Below are positions 46,225-59,568 of a DNA stretch of 64,000 nt, in pieces. Numbering within the stretch: the first letter of the stretch is position 1; each line of letters begins with the position of its first letter. The position numbers and the translations under genes were made by a program. The notes under the pieces are model-generated. The model worked only from the letters and a program-made list of their open reading frames with translations, did no database searches and was not told the origin of the DNA. This DNA is from the human T2T-CHM13v2.0 reference genome, Homo sapiens: the NCBI RefSeq assembly GCF_009914755.1, contig NC_060930.1, one strand, 5' to 3'.

Positions 46225-47771
46225 GAGGGAGGGAGGAAGGAAGGAAGGAAGGAAGGAAGGAAGGAAGGAAGGAAGGAAGGAAGGAAGGAAGGAAGGAAAG
46301 AAAATTGGAAAGGCTCCTCCTCTCCCTCTCCCTCCTCTCCCTCTCCCTCCTCTCCCTCTCCCTCCTCTCCCTCTCCCTCTCCCCCTCCCTCTCCCTCTCC
46401 CCACGGTCTCCCTCTCCCTCTCTTTCCACGGTCTCCCCCTGATGCCGAGCCAAAGCTGGACGGTACTGCTGCCATCTCGGCTCACTGCAACCTCCCTGCC
46501 TGATTCTCCTGCCTCAGCCTGCCGAGTGCCTGCGATTGCAGTCGCGCGCCGCCACGCCTGACTGGTTTTCGTATTTTTTTGGTGGAGACGGGTTTTCGCT
46601 GTGTTGGCCGGGCTGGTCTCCAGCTCCTAACCGCGAGTGATCCGCCAGCCTCGGCCTCCCGAGGTGCCGGGATGGCAGACGGAGTCGCGTTCACTCAGTG
46701 CTCAATGGTGCCCAGGCTGGAGTGCAGTGGCGTGATCTCGGCTCGCTACAACTTCCACCTCCCAGCTGCCTGCCTTGGCCCAGCAAAGTGCCGAGATTGC
46801 GCCTTTGCCCGGCCGCCACCCCATCTGGGAAGTGAGGAGCGTCTCTGCCTGGCCGCCCATCGTCTGAGATGTGGGGAGCGCCTCTGCCCTGCCGCCCCGT
46901 CTGGGATGTGAGGAGCGTCTCTGCCCGGCCGCCCTGTCTGAGAAGTGAGGAGACCCTCTGCCTGGCAACCGCCCCATCTGTGAAGTGAGGAGCCCCTCCG
47001 CCCGGCAGCCACTTTGTCTGGGAAGTGAGGAGCGTCTCCGCCCGGCAGCCACCCCGTCTGGGAGGGAGGTGGGGGTCAGCCCCTCGCCCGGCCAGCCGCC
47101 CCATCCGGGAGGGAGGTTGGGGGGTCAGCCCCCCGCCCGGCCAGCCGCCCGGTCCGGGAGGTGAGGGGCGCCTCTGCCCGGCCGCCCCTACTGGGAAGTG
47201 AGGAGCCCCTCTGCCCGGCCACCACCCCGTCTGGGAGGTGTACTCAACAGCTCATTGAGAACGGGCCATGATGACAATGGCGGTTTTGTGGAATAGAAAG
47301 GGGGGAAAGGTGGGGAAAAGATTGAGAAATCGGATGGTTGCCATGTCTGTGTAGAAAGAGGTAGACATGGGAGACTTTTCATTTTGTTCTGTACTAAGAA
47401 AAATTCTTCTGCCTTGGGATCCTGTTGATCTGTGACCTTACCCCCAACCCTGTGCTCTCTGAAACATGTGCTGTGTCCACTCAGGGTTGAATGGATTAAG
47501 AGTGGTGCAAGATGTGCTTTGTCAAACAGATGCTTGAAGGCAGCATGCTGGTTAAGAGTCATCACCACTCCCTAATCTCAAGTACCCAGGGACACAAACA
47601 CTGCGGAAGGCCGCAGGGTCCTCTGCCTAGGAAAACCAGAGACCTTTGTTCACTTGTTTATCTGCTGACCCTCCCTCCACTATTGTCCTGTGACCCTGCC
47701 AAATCCCCCTCTGCGAGAAACACCCAAGAATGATCAATAACAAAAAAAAAAAGAAAAAGAAAAAAAAAAAA
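46225..47771 (+). mobile_element. SVA retrotransposon (SVA_D-like), full structure plus a 5' extra block
   Basis: CCCTCT-rich head at about 46314-46435, Alu-like region to about 46810, GC-rich VNTR to about 47240, SINE-R to about 47740, then poly-A. Perfect 14-bp TSD AAGAGCATTGGCTC at 46211-46224 and 47772-47785. Confidence 0.96.
46235..46298 (+). repeat. (GGAA)16 microsatellite
   Basis: 64 nt of uninterrupted GGAA. Confidence 0.97.
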
Positions 47772-47940
47772 AAGAGCATTGGCTCTTTTTCTGAGCAAGA
47801 TGTGGAGTCACTGGGCATTTCTGAGCTGAGCAGAAATGTGATCTGACTCATTTAAAAAGGCTCACTCTGGCTGCTAGTTGGAGAGCACAGCTTTGTGAAT
47901 TCTGTACTAATTTGCTAATTTACATTTTAAACATGAAACG

Positions 47941-47962
47941 TGTGTGTGTGTGTGTGTGTGTG
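47941..47962. repeat. (TG)11 microsatellite
   Basis: Read directly. Confidence 0.9.
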
Positions 47963-48399
47963 CACAACTTGTACAACTCAAAAATATAATTAAAGAAAAA
48001 GGTCTGCTACAAAATAAGCCCTGGCAGGATGCCCATAGTTACTGGAGGCCAGGCCCCAAGGCCAGGCCCCCTTGGGAAGGCAACATGGGATCCAGGTCTC
48101 CATTCTCAATTTTAATTTCAGCCTTTCAGATGCAGGGTGCCCAAAGGAGAGTCTGGAGGGGCCAGGAGAGAATGTGGGCCAGAATCAAATTGCAATATGT
48201 TGCAATTTGCATTCCAAGTATATCTAATTTTCAGAATCAAAACACAATATTTTATACCTATGTGTATATATGTACAGACACACACACCTATTTAATTTTT
48301 AAATATGGCTTAGCTCTCCAAACATCTTCTCCTAGCAGAGAATATTATCCAGTTGTCCCTTTTTAAAAATCTCTGGAAAGGATAAAGTGTGGCAGCCAG

Positions 48400-48680
48400 A
48401 GCTGGGCTCACACCTGTAAACCCAGCACAACTGGGAAGCCAAGGCGGAAGGATTGCTTGAGCCTAGGAGTTTGAGACCAGCCTGGGCAACATAGTGAGAC
48501 TCTACAAAAATTAAAAAATTAGCCAGGCGTGATGGTGTGCCCCTGTGGTCCCAGCTGCTTGGGAGGCTGAGGCAGGAGGATCTCTCGAGGCCTGGAGCTC
48601 AAGGCTGCAATGAGCTGTGTTCGCACCACTGTACTCCAGCTTGAGCAACAGAGTGAGACCCTGTCTCAAAACTAAACAAA
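48400..48680 (+). mobile_element. AluJ
   Basis: Dimer; flanking repeat GTGGCAGCCAGA. Confidence 0.92.
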
Positions 48681-51600
48681 TAAAGTGGCAGCCAGACCCC
48701 AAATGAGGGCTTTACACAGTCAGTCAACTCAGCTCATCCTCACAATAAGCCTGTGCTGGAGGCATTCCTACCTATTTTGCAGGTGAGGAAAAAATGGCTA
48801 TAGGAAGCAAAAAGAGGGATCAGTAGGCTTGAGGCAGGAAGTGAGTACTGGAGAGTTAGGGGTGTGGAGCAGGCATGGGGTGGCTGTCAAGGGTGGTGCC
48901 ATCAAAACCATATGGCCCCCAAATCTGAAATGTTCTCTATTTGGCCCTTTATAGAAAATGTTTGCTAACCCCTCTACTACACCATCAGCTCCATGAAGGC
49001 TAGGATCACACCCTACTTATCTTTTATTCTAAGACAGTGCCTAAAATACAGGGATAACAAAGTCTAAATGAATAAATGAGAAAACATCAGATATCATCTT
49101 TTTTAGTGGCATGCTTATTCTCACTAATTGTGAGGAGGACTGAGATTGTGGCCTTTTGAAAGCATCACGTCCTTCCATTTTCATACCCCCATTTAAATGA
49201 AAGTGAAGGATGGCAGCCACTGCTGAAATACTTAATACACCTGAAATCCTGACACTGGCCTGATTTTATGGGCCCTGGTGTTTCTGTTACATGAAAGCTG
49301 TCAAACTACACTTGAAAACCCCAATTACACCCAGACTCAGCCAAAGCCACATTTTCAACTTGACTCTGTGTTTTTAGAACTATAAATTTTCCAACTTAGC
49401 TCAGCGAAGAGTGACGTAAAGTTGTACATATGTGGTGAGCTGTTTTATAGGCCCTCAGATCTAAGAGCACAAAGCAGCTGTAATACTGGCAATGAGGCCT
49501 GATGAGAAACCAGCCTGGTTCTGAAATACAATATTCCTAATTATAATAAGAACAATGACATTGAAATTTGACAGACATTACCTCTGAAGAGAGCCAGGAT
49601 GGACTGGGGAGTCACAGAGCCTGGGAGCCAAGGGATTGTCATGGAGGCCACGGCTATGAGTTCTTAAGCCATATATTCCCATCAAGCTCAGAGAAGTGGC
49701 TAAGGAGACACCACTTCTCTTCCCTTGTTTCCTCATTGAATAAGATAGGATTTACCACGGGGCCAGGTGATGCCACAGAGGCACCTGTGCCAACTGCCTT
49801 CTACTTTTCCCACACAACAAAGGTCCAGAAAGCTTCCAACTTAAGAGTCCCTTCTCAACTCAAGGACAATCAAAACAGAGATTTCCCCCCCCCGCAATAA
49901 ACAATGAGCAAGGGCTCAGCCTGACAATCCATATTGTATTCAGAATGTTCAGCACATGCTCATCTGCTCCTCATAGCAACCTGTACAGGCTTCCTGGAGG
50001 AGGTGATCCTTGAAGGGCAGGAAGCCCACTTCTGGCCCTTTGGACATTCATCTGACTTTGTGTCTCTGCACATCGGGGTGAATTGTTCCATGTGCCCTGC
50101 CTATCCTCGATGCTTAATAATTATGTGTCGGGCTCACTAATTAACAAATATAAGTAACGCCACCAACCGGTTTCTACTTCTCCACTGACATGTTGAGATC
50201 TATCAGCCACTACCCAGAGCATAGTGGGGATTCTGCTCCTTAATGCTGGCCTCTGGTGGGCCCACTACTCTGCACCGGGCCTTCCAGGACTTAGCATTGG
50301 GCCTCCAAAGCCGGCACTGGACCATCACAGAAGTGGCTGGCTTTGAGTATTTAGTCCCCAACCCAACCTGGCATTGGGCCCCTTACCTCCAAATAATCCC
50401 GCCATCTCCCACTGGAGCTCCCACCCCAGCCCCAGGACTCATGGTGAAAGAGGTGAGGATGGAGTTTTAGTGTGGATGGACATGGCCATTCCCAAAGCTG
50501 CATCACTGACCCAAGGGCAGCTGCCATCTGTTTCTCTAGATTCTTGGCTGTTTGCCCACATGGTGCCTGCAGCTGGGCAGAGCTTCAGGCCCCACCCCAT
50601 GAGAATGAACCGCCTGCCCGCTGGCAGAGTTGGCTCCCTCCACCCTGGGCTCAGGTGCTCCTGTGCATGAAATAGCTGGCAGCACCAGGGTAGGGAGAGG
50701 AGGGAAATTTAAATGAGTCTTAAGGGACTGGAAAAATAATTTGATGAAATGTTCCTAAGCTTTTTTTTTTTTTTTGGCTTAATACCCATAAATTGCAGGG
50801 GCCATGTGTGCTAACAGCTTTTGATTTATGATGCCTTTATTGTTGCATTGTATTTAAGCCAGATGATGAAAAGGTAGCAAGAGTAAAAAGACCCTTTTAC
50901 AAAATGCTTTGGGATCCATCATGGGGTCAAGCCATTTCTGTCAATCTTTGCCACCACTTTGTTAAAGCAAGGGCTCTGGGCACTGACAGCTGAGTAGCTA
51001 ATTGCTGTTGGACGCCAGCCCACCAGGCATCTTCCTCCTCCCCTTAGAAATTTTGCACTCCCTCCCCCAGGTCCCTTTCTCTAGCAAGACCTTTTAATGG
51101 CCGCTGAGGGCCAGGAGGGAAGCTCGCCATGGGTAAACTTTGAGGGGCCAGGTCTTATCCAGCTGCCACAGCACAGAGTTATTCCCAGGACCTCTAATTA
51201 AAATGCCTACAGTCCAACCAATATGCTCCTGTTTCATTGCTCAGGGGTTACAAAGCTCCCAGCAAATGCTGAACACAAATTAACAAAACGCTGGGTCAGC
51301 CTTTCTGGTCCCATTACAATGTTATTGTCATATTTATTAGCACAATTCCCTGTAGGACACTGGTAGAAATATCTAAAAAGTGAGTTAGGCACTCTCCTTG
51401 ACTATATGGGGAAAATGCCTGCCATTTCCCCGCAGAGCACATAAACTTTGTTTGCAATTTGTGCTCACAGCAACTCCCAGCCGAAGACAATCCATTCCTG
51501 TTCTTGTACGGAAAGGGGGCTATGTTCTCTCAAACTGTAATTATCTTCTATTCACGCTACTGTAAAATGACTAGGTTGTTGCCACTGCTTTTATTTCAAA

Positions 51601-52047
51601 GAACAGTTCTATTATCCGTTTACAAAATTTAACAACCTACAGCACTTCCATGAATTAATTACAGTCTGAGGGGAGCATAAACACAAACTTCACTGATCAC
51701 GTTGTTCTAAATCACATTAGCCTAATTGCTTGATATTGGGAATTGAGTTGACTTTTGCACATCTCGCCCAATTACTCCCCACCCTTTGTGTCTGTCTGAC
51801 TGCCTGCTTCTGCACTCCTCTGCAGGGGATGGGATGTATTTTCCCCAGAGTCAGAGGAAAGCCAAAGGGGGAAAAAACCTCTTTGGAATGTTTCACAAGG
51901 AAGGAAAGATATGTTACTATGACAACTTGTTCTTGGCAACCACAATGACATACACCCCAAAACCTTCCGTCTTCCTCCTTGCCCATCAGAAAGATATTAT
52001 CAAATCATGCAGCAAGAGAAGGTGAAGGTTCTAAACACTATATATAA

Positions 52048-52281
<234 letters not shown>

Positions 52282-52657
52282 TGAAGGACATACAGAACTT
52301 CATCACATGCAGAAGTGAGAAAAGAGAACTCCAGGACATGGGAAGAGAAAATGGGAAAAACACAGAGGCTTTGAGAATGTTCAGGGAAGGGCAAAAGGCT
52401 CATGTGGCCTTTTTCATTTCTATTTTTGCATATGTTTTATAATGTGCATAATGCATTAATGTAGTATGTATATAATCTATCAATATACATATGTTGGGGA
52501 TGTGTACTCAAGAATATTTTAATAATTAAGTAATTATAAATAACATATATGTGTATTGGGATGATTTAACAGAGAACACAGGCAAAACATTTGGCAACCA
52601 TCAGTGTGAGCAATGGAATCTATCTGAGATTATTAAGCACTAGAGTGAGTACATCAG

Positions 52658-53048
52658 TGCTATGGTTTGAATGATAGTGTCCCCTCCAAAATTCATGTTG
52701 AAATGTAACTCACAATGCAACAGTATTTACAGGCGTGGCTTCTGGGAGATGATTAAGTCATGAGAGCAGATCCCTTAGTGTCCTTATCAAAGGGCTTGAG
52801 GGTGAAGGGAGCACTCTCTTGCCCTTCCATCCCTTCTGCCATGTAAGGACACTGCATTTGTCCCCTCTAGAGGATGCAGCAACAAGGCACTGTCTTGTAA
52901 GCAGACAGCAGCGCTTTCAGCCACCAGTCCTGCTGGCACCTTGGTCTAGGACTTCCCAGCCTTCAGAACCTTGAGAAATCAATTTCTATTGTTTCTAAAT
53001 TACCCAGTCTGATGTATTTTGTCATAGCAACACAAATGGAGTAAGACT
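52658..53048 (+). mobile_element. MST (MaLR) solo LTR
   Basis: TGCTATGGTTTGAATG...AAATTACCCAGTCT...GTAAGACT; TSD ATCAG. Confidence 0.85.
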
Positions 53049-53059
53049 ATCAGAACTGC

Positions 53060-53490
53060 ATCTTATAAAGATAAACTTGGTGCAACGTATGAAGCGGGTT
53101 AAAGGGAGGAGAAAATATAGGCAGAGAAGCAGGGCAGGAGGCCATCATGGTGGTCCCTGTGAAGGGTGCTAATGAGAGTCTGAGGAAGGGCCACCAAGGG
53201 GTGGATGGAGAAAGGGAGAATGCAGAAAACTTTTTTGAAAGTAACATCCATCAGGACCTGTTTCCCAATTGGAAGGCATGGGGTAAGGAGAGTTTGGGAT
53301 TCTAAAACTGTTATCTTGGATAGCTGGGGAAGCAGTGATACCTTCAATGAAGACAGAATAAAGGAGAAGGGGAAGATATGGGGAAGGGAGCAATGATGAG
53401 TCCAGTTTTGGAAACGTTGAGTTCAGGATGCCTGTGGAACAGGTAGGTGGAGATGTCCATTAAAACAGTTGAAATTCAAAACCAGAACGC
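53060..53490 (-). mobile_element. L2 fragment
   Basis: GATGAGTCCAGTTTTGGAAACGTTGAGTTCAGGATGCCTGTGG...GTGGAGATGTCCA. Confidence 0.65.
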
Positions 53491-54421
53491 AGGTAGCCTA
53501 GTCGAGGAAGCCCTCAAGTGCCTAACCCCTCACATAATTATTCACCTCTCTCTCTCTCTCTACCGACATCTGTAATCCCAGCACTTTGGGAGACGGAGGT
53601 GGGAGGATTGCCTATTTTTCTTGATTGCATTTTGTGTTTCCTGGTGTTCTCTACATTCATCGATCCCTCTGAAAAACCTGTGGGCGTCTCTCTGTGCCAG
53701 GCACTGTGCTCATGTGGTCAGGGGAGAGGGCAGTTAGCAAACAGAGAGAGGCTGGCTGCTCGTGAGCAGATAGAGAAGAGCCCTGGTGCTGGCCACTGTG
53801 AGCATCAGCCTCTGTCCTGGAGGCTCACACAATCTTGGGAGGTGTGAAGAAGAGGAGTCAGTGGCTATTAGGTAAGAAGCCCAACTCCAAGGGTGCCCAG
53901 GCTCGCTCTTCTCACTCTGGCCCTCCCCACACTGCCTGCCATACTGGGTAGGGCCCAGAATCACCTGGAAATCTTCAGTCAAGGGGCATCAAGTGACATG
54001 TGGATAGAGAATGCCACCAGCAAAGCCCCAGGAAAATCACTGGTCCTAGGCAGGTTTGTTTGCTGGTGCCTCCTCTCATCGCTTGGGATATACTTTGTGA
54101 AGTTGCACCACTGTGGGCAGGAAAAAGGCAGAGAGGGGCGTTGAGTGGGAGCCAGAAAGGAAGAGATAGGTGGAGATTCCAGTTCTTCTTTAAAAGGGAT
54201 CTGGAGACATCAGATCATCTCCTCTGCCCTGGGGTAGAGTTGAAACCTTCCTGAAGTCCCTTGGCTATCTGGAGTGAGTACAGCAGGAATGTGAGTGGCC
54301 TAAAATTTAAAGAAACTGTAGATGTTTGGTAAGTAATAATAGGCCATTATGAAACATATTTACCATTGATCGCTTATAGGGAAATAGATTAAACTGTCAG
54401 ATGAAATCTTAAAATAAACAC

Positions 54422-54951
54422 TGTTATAAATTGAATTGTTCCCCCCAACCCCAAAAATCATATATTGAAGTCGTAACTCCCAATGTGAAATGTAATTGGA
54501 GATAGGCTATTTTATCTTTTTATAGAGATGGGGGTCTCACTATGTTTCCCAGGCTGGTCTACTCCAGGGCTCAAGCAATCATCCCACCTCATCCTCCCGA
54601 AGTGCTGGGATTACACATGTGAACCCCCACTCCCTGCCTGGAGATAGAGCTTTTAAAGAGATACTTAAGCCTAAATGAGGTATTATAATAAGGATGGGGC
54701 CCTAATCCAATAGGGCTGGTGTCTTTATAAGTAAGAGACATCAGGAGTGGAAGCATAACAAGGAAAGGCCACATAAGGACAGTGAGAAGGCAGCCACGTG
54801 CAAGGCAAGGAGAGAGGGCTCAGAGAAACAAGAGCCACTGGCACCTTGATCTTAGACTTCTAGCTTTCAGAACTGTTAGAAAATAAATTTCTTCTGTGTA
54901 AGCCACCCAGTCTGCAGGATTTTGTTATGGCAGCCCTAGCAAACTGATACA
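54422..54951 (+). mobile_element. MLT1A-like solo LTR with an antisense Alu monomer at about 54509-54638
   Basis: TGTTATAAATTGAATTG...GCAGCCCTAGCAAACTGATACA. Confidence 0.82.
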
Positions 54952-55229
54952 GCACTATAAAAACATTTTCTTCTCTTACACAGGAGCCAGATCACCACTG
55001 TTTCCATCCTATTAATATACAGGCAAAATAAATACAACTTGTTTTTGTGAACTTGCCTGTTTTCTTGATTGCATTTTGTGGTTCCTGGTGTATTTTATAT
55101 TACTTTCTGAATCAGCCTACCCCTACTCCTCTCTCCAGCCCTACCACATCTTGTATTTATAAGCAGTGGGTGCTTCCATCCCTGTCTCAGACAGCTGAAG
55201 ACAGAGTGAGAGCAATAACAGGTATACTG

Positions 55230-56010
55230 ATTTGCAGCACTTTGTGTAAGCTGAGGGCTGCCCCAAATGCCCCCATCAAAAGGCATCAGCCTAAATGGGA
55301 AAAAATGTGTCTTCTTCAATCCCCCTGAAGTTCCCCTCAATGATTTTCTGTTCTGCAATGACATTTCCAGTCAAAGAGGCCAAAGAGATAAAACTGCTGA
55401 CCTAAAGACTTTTTCTTCTGCTCCTGGGGGCAGTCTGGGCACAAATTCACAGAGTGCGCAGTGGGGAAGTGAAATTGATGGTGCCAAACAGCATCATCTA
55501 AACAAGCAGAACCCAGAGGGGGACATGAAAACGTCCAGCTTCCTTTATGGCTGTGAGACATGGACCAGTCGTGGCGTCTATGATGTCATATTTTAACCAT
55601 CCCATCTGAACTGTTGAGCAGTTTCATCTGTGTCACCACTGAGCCAGACTTAACACTAAATAGTGAGAGGGTTTCCAACAACCTTGACTTCCAGGGCAGA
55701 CGTTCTCTCACTAGAGGACCAAGTTGGTGTGACATGTGATCCTGTGTGGGAGCCAGCAGGGAGGCTTAACTGCAGATCTATGGGCAGCCGAGGCACTGAC
55801 AATAAACACAGTCACCAGTGGTGGATTGCCGGGAAACTCCCTCTCCCATGAGGGCAGCTGGAATTCTGAAGCCCGGCTCAAACATTCCCAGAATTAGTCA
55901 CCACCAGGGACAGTCTCTAAAAGGTGCTCTGAAAATGAAAGATAACCTTCCCAGGAGACATTATGGAAGACAGTCAGAGGATCACAGTCCCCACAGATGA
56001 ACTGAACAAT
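55230..56010 (+). mobile_element. Ancient RTE-clade LINE relic (MamRTE1/L4-like)
   Basis: Remnant peptide FLYGCETWT (55540s-55566) and a downstream QGQ...KD.L resemble the RTE ORF C-terminus. Confidence 0.5.
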
Positions 56011-56128
56011 ACCACCAGGGTTTCAGCTCCAAATCCTCCATACCAGAGAGCCCTAGCTCAAAGCAGTGCTTACCAAGCTTCAGACCTGGGGTGCCACCTT
56101 TGTGATATTTGCCATGTCCGATACCTCC

Positions 56129-56572
56129 TCTGATGTTTAATTTTATGTTTCAACTAGATTGGGCCGTGGGTGCCCAGTTATTTGGTTAAACATTATTCTA
56201 AGTGTTTCTGTGAGGGTGTTTTTGGAAGAGATTAATATTTGAACTGGTGGACTGAGTAAAGCAGATGGCAACCCACACGTCGGGGGACTTCACCCAATCC
56301 ATCGAAGGCCTGAAAAGAACAAAAAGGCTGACCCTCCGTGGGGTAAGAGGGACCTCCCCCTGCCTGACTCCCTTCCAGCAGGGACATTTTCTTTTCTGCC
56401 TTTAGACTCAAACTAAAACATGAGCTCTTCTTGGGTCTCATGTCTGCTGGCTTTTGAACTGAATTATACCATAGACTCCCCTGCATCTCCAGCTTCCAAT
56501 CACAGATCTCGGGACTTCTCGGCCTCCATAATCATTTGACCAACTCCTTATAGTAGAGCTCTTTACACACAG

Positions 56573-56624
<52 letters not shown>

Positions 56625-56664
56625 CCTATTGGTTCTGTTTCTCTGGAGAACCCTAACTAGTACA
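56129..56664 (+). mobile_element. MLT2 (ERVL) solo LTR with internal (CA)n
   Basis: TTAATTTTATG...GACTGAGTAAAGCAGAT...CCTATTGGTTCTGTTTCTCTGGAGAACCCTAACTAGTACA; TSD CCTCC; (CA)n at about 56565-56621. Confidence 0.88.
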
Positions 56665-56755
56665 CCTCCTGCATTCCTAATATTTACTAAATCTTTAAAT
56701 GGTCTATTTAAATAAATACATTTTAATGAAACTTTATGTCACATTTATAAATTCA

Positions 56756-57121
<366 letters not shown>

Positions 57122-57379
57122 TTAAATACATATTAAAATAACAGTGTCCGCTGAAAACACGCTTCAGATGGTGTGACTGGATACATTTTGAAGCTGGAGG
57201 TGGGGAATGGTTTACAGAATGGTCATGGAACAAAACTTCTCTCTCTCATTTCAATCTCTACCAAATGGAGGTCAACTATATTTTATAGCGAATCTTTGGC
57301 TACTTTTTCGGGAGGAAGATCATTCTTCCTTAGGCATCAAAAATAAGGCACAATACAACAGAAAGAATGCCATGACTAC

Positions 57380-57880
57380 ATGCTGCGGTTATCAGTCGCT
57401 GCTTTAAAAACAAGTTCAAACTTGGTAGCTTCTCATAGCTCACCATTTTGTGAGTCAGGAATTCAGAGAGGCTTGCCTGGGCAGTTTGTCTGTGGTCAGT
57501 GTGGCAGCAGCTAGGGTGGCTGGGACTTGGTGGTCCACATCCAGGATGGGTTCTTCACCCATGTGTCTGATCTCTCCATGTCTCCTGCCTCTTTCTCTCT
57601 GTGTCTCTTCCTACGGAGCCTCTCCATGTGCCTTTGGCTTCTCACTGCATGGCAGCCTCAGGGCAGTGGTGCCCAGGGCAGTCCCGTGGTGACTCAGGGT
57701 TCCAAGAGCTAGCATCCAAAGACCCAGTAGAGCTGCAAGGCTCCATATATCCATCCTGGAAGGTCACTTCCACCAATCCTAAGAGCCAAGCAACACATGC
57801 CAGTCAAGGAGAGGGGAGTTAGACCCCACATCTCCATGGAAGGAATGTCAAAGAATTTGTAGCCATCTTTATTCCCTTAC
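57380..57880 (-). mobile_element. Old MLT1 LTR
   Basis: TGTGAGTCAGGAATTCAG...TCAAGGAGAGGGGAGTTAGACCCCACATCTC...GTAGCCATCTTT. Confidence 0.7.
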
Positions 57881-57964
57881 CTCGTTCTTACGTATTGAAC
57901 AAGGAGAAAGTCCTCAGAATGGGGTTTCAACATCATGGATAAAAAAGTTAACCGTGGAGCCACT

Positions 57965-58554
<590 letters not shown>

Positions 58555-58845
58555 TAAAATACCATATATGTGATAAAAACCTATGCATAATCTGAAGGAG
58601 ACTGACACATGATAGAAAGGGTCTTCTCATTTAGCTTAAAACTACAGTTTTCAGAAGAAATTCACTAGCAAGCATCTTCCTAGAATGTTAAGGGCACCCC
58701 AAAGTTCCTACCATGATCTTTGAGAGGGCTCTGCATAGTGATCATGTAGGAAACTGGCAAAACAGAACCATCTTTTTTCTAAGCCTTAATTAATCAGAGT
58801 GTTCGGGGAGGCAGGAGAAGGTAAAATGACTGGCAGCTCTGATCC

Positions 58846-59568
58846 ACAGGTGCTCAACAGTGATGGTAACAGCTTCTGCAGAGGGGCATTTTGGAAATGT
58901 GTCAGTGATGGTTGTATCTGATACAATGCTGGGGGCAGAGTGGGCATTCCTGCCACTTAGAGGGCAGAGACCAGGGATGCTGGGTGTCCCTCAGTGGATG
59001 GAGCAGTCCCACACAATGAAAGCATTGTCTTGCCATATAGAAATACCCGGCTTTTCTGAACCTGGGACTAACTTATTTTACAAAAAAGCAATATGTATTT
59101 CTGCTCAGCTGTAATAGACACTTTACACTTTATTTTCCAGGAATGCCATTAGTGCATAAATCAAAGGAAGACTGTTTATTTTCTTCAGAATTCCAAGAGT
59201 AGTGTATCATTTTGGAAAATCACACCACCCGCAGCAGCTCATGTTATCTGAGTCACCAATCCCACTCCTCTGACTTCAACTGCATTGGAGGGGTGGCCCA
59301 ACCTGAGCTTCTTGGGGCAGGTGTCAGCCCCTGATCACTTCGTTCTGTTGCCCAGAGGCGGGTGCCTGCGTTGGAAGTAATCAGCAAATACTTTGTCTCA
59401 TTCTTCTTTATATTTCAGTTATGACATTATATTAATTTTTCTTAAAAATTATGGGTGTGAGTGAGTCATATTATCCAGGAATTTCACCTCAGAATTGTAA
59501 ACCAGGTGCTTGAATATATTTGCAATAAAAATGGGGGTTGGGTCTGACAGGCCTAAAAGCTTACTGCT
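58846..59568 (+). mobile_element. hAT-Charlie fossil (MER20B-like)
   Basis: GGGGCATTTTGGAAATGT...GAGACCAGGGATGCT...CAGTCCCACACAATGAA. Confidence 0.55.

Larger units (their letters stand above)
45728..47885 (-). mobile_element. L2 LINE 3' region that hosts the SVA
   Basis: CATTCCAGGCAGAGAAAACAGCAAGTGCAAA before the SVA; L2 similarity resumes after it with TCTGAGCAAGATG...TGATCTGACT...CACTCTGGCTGCT. Confidence 0.75.

Noticed and set aside
46440-47240. CpG island or promoter
   Set aside because: The CpG density is intrinsic to the young SVA, not evidence of a gene promoter.
46096-47851. Cluster of overlapping low-complexity ORFs (GRG, ERE, PLP, SFLP repeats)
   Set aside because: These are translations of the GGAA tract and the SVA head, VNTR and SINE-R; SVA is non-coding.
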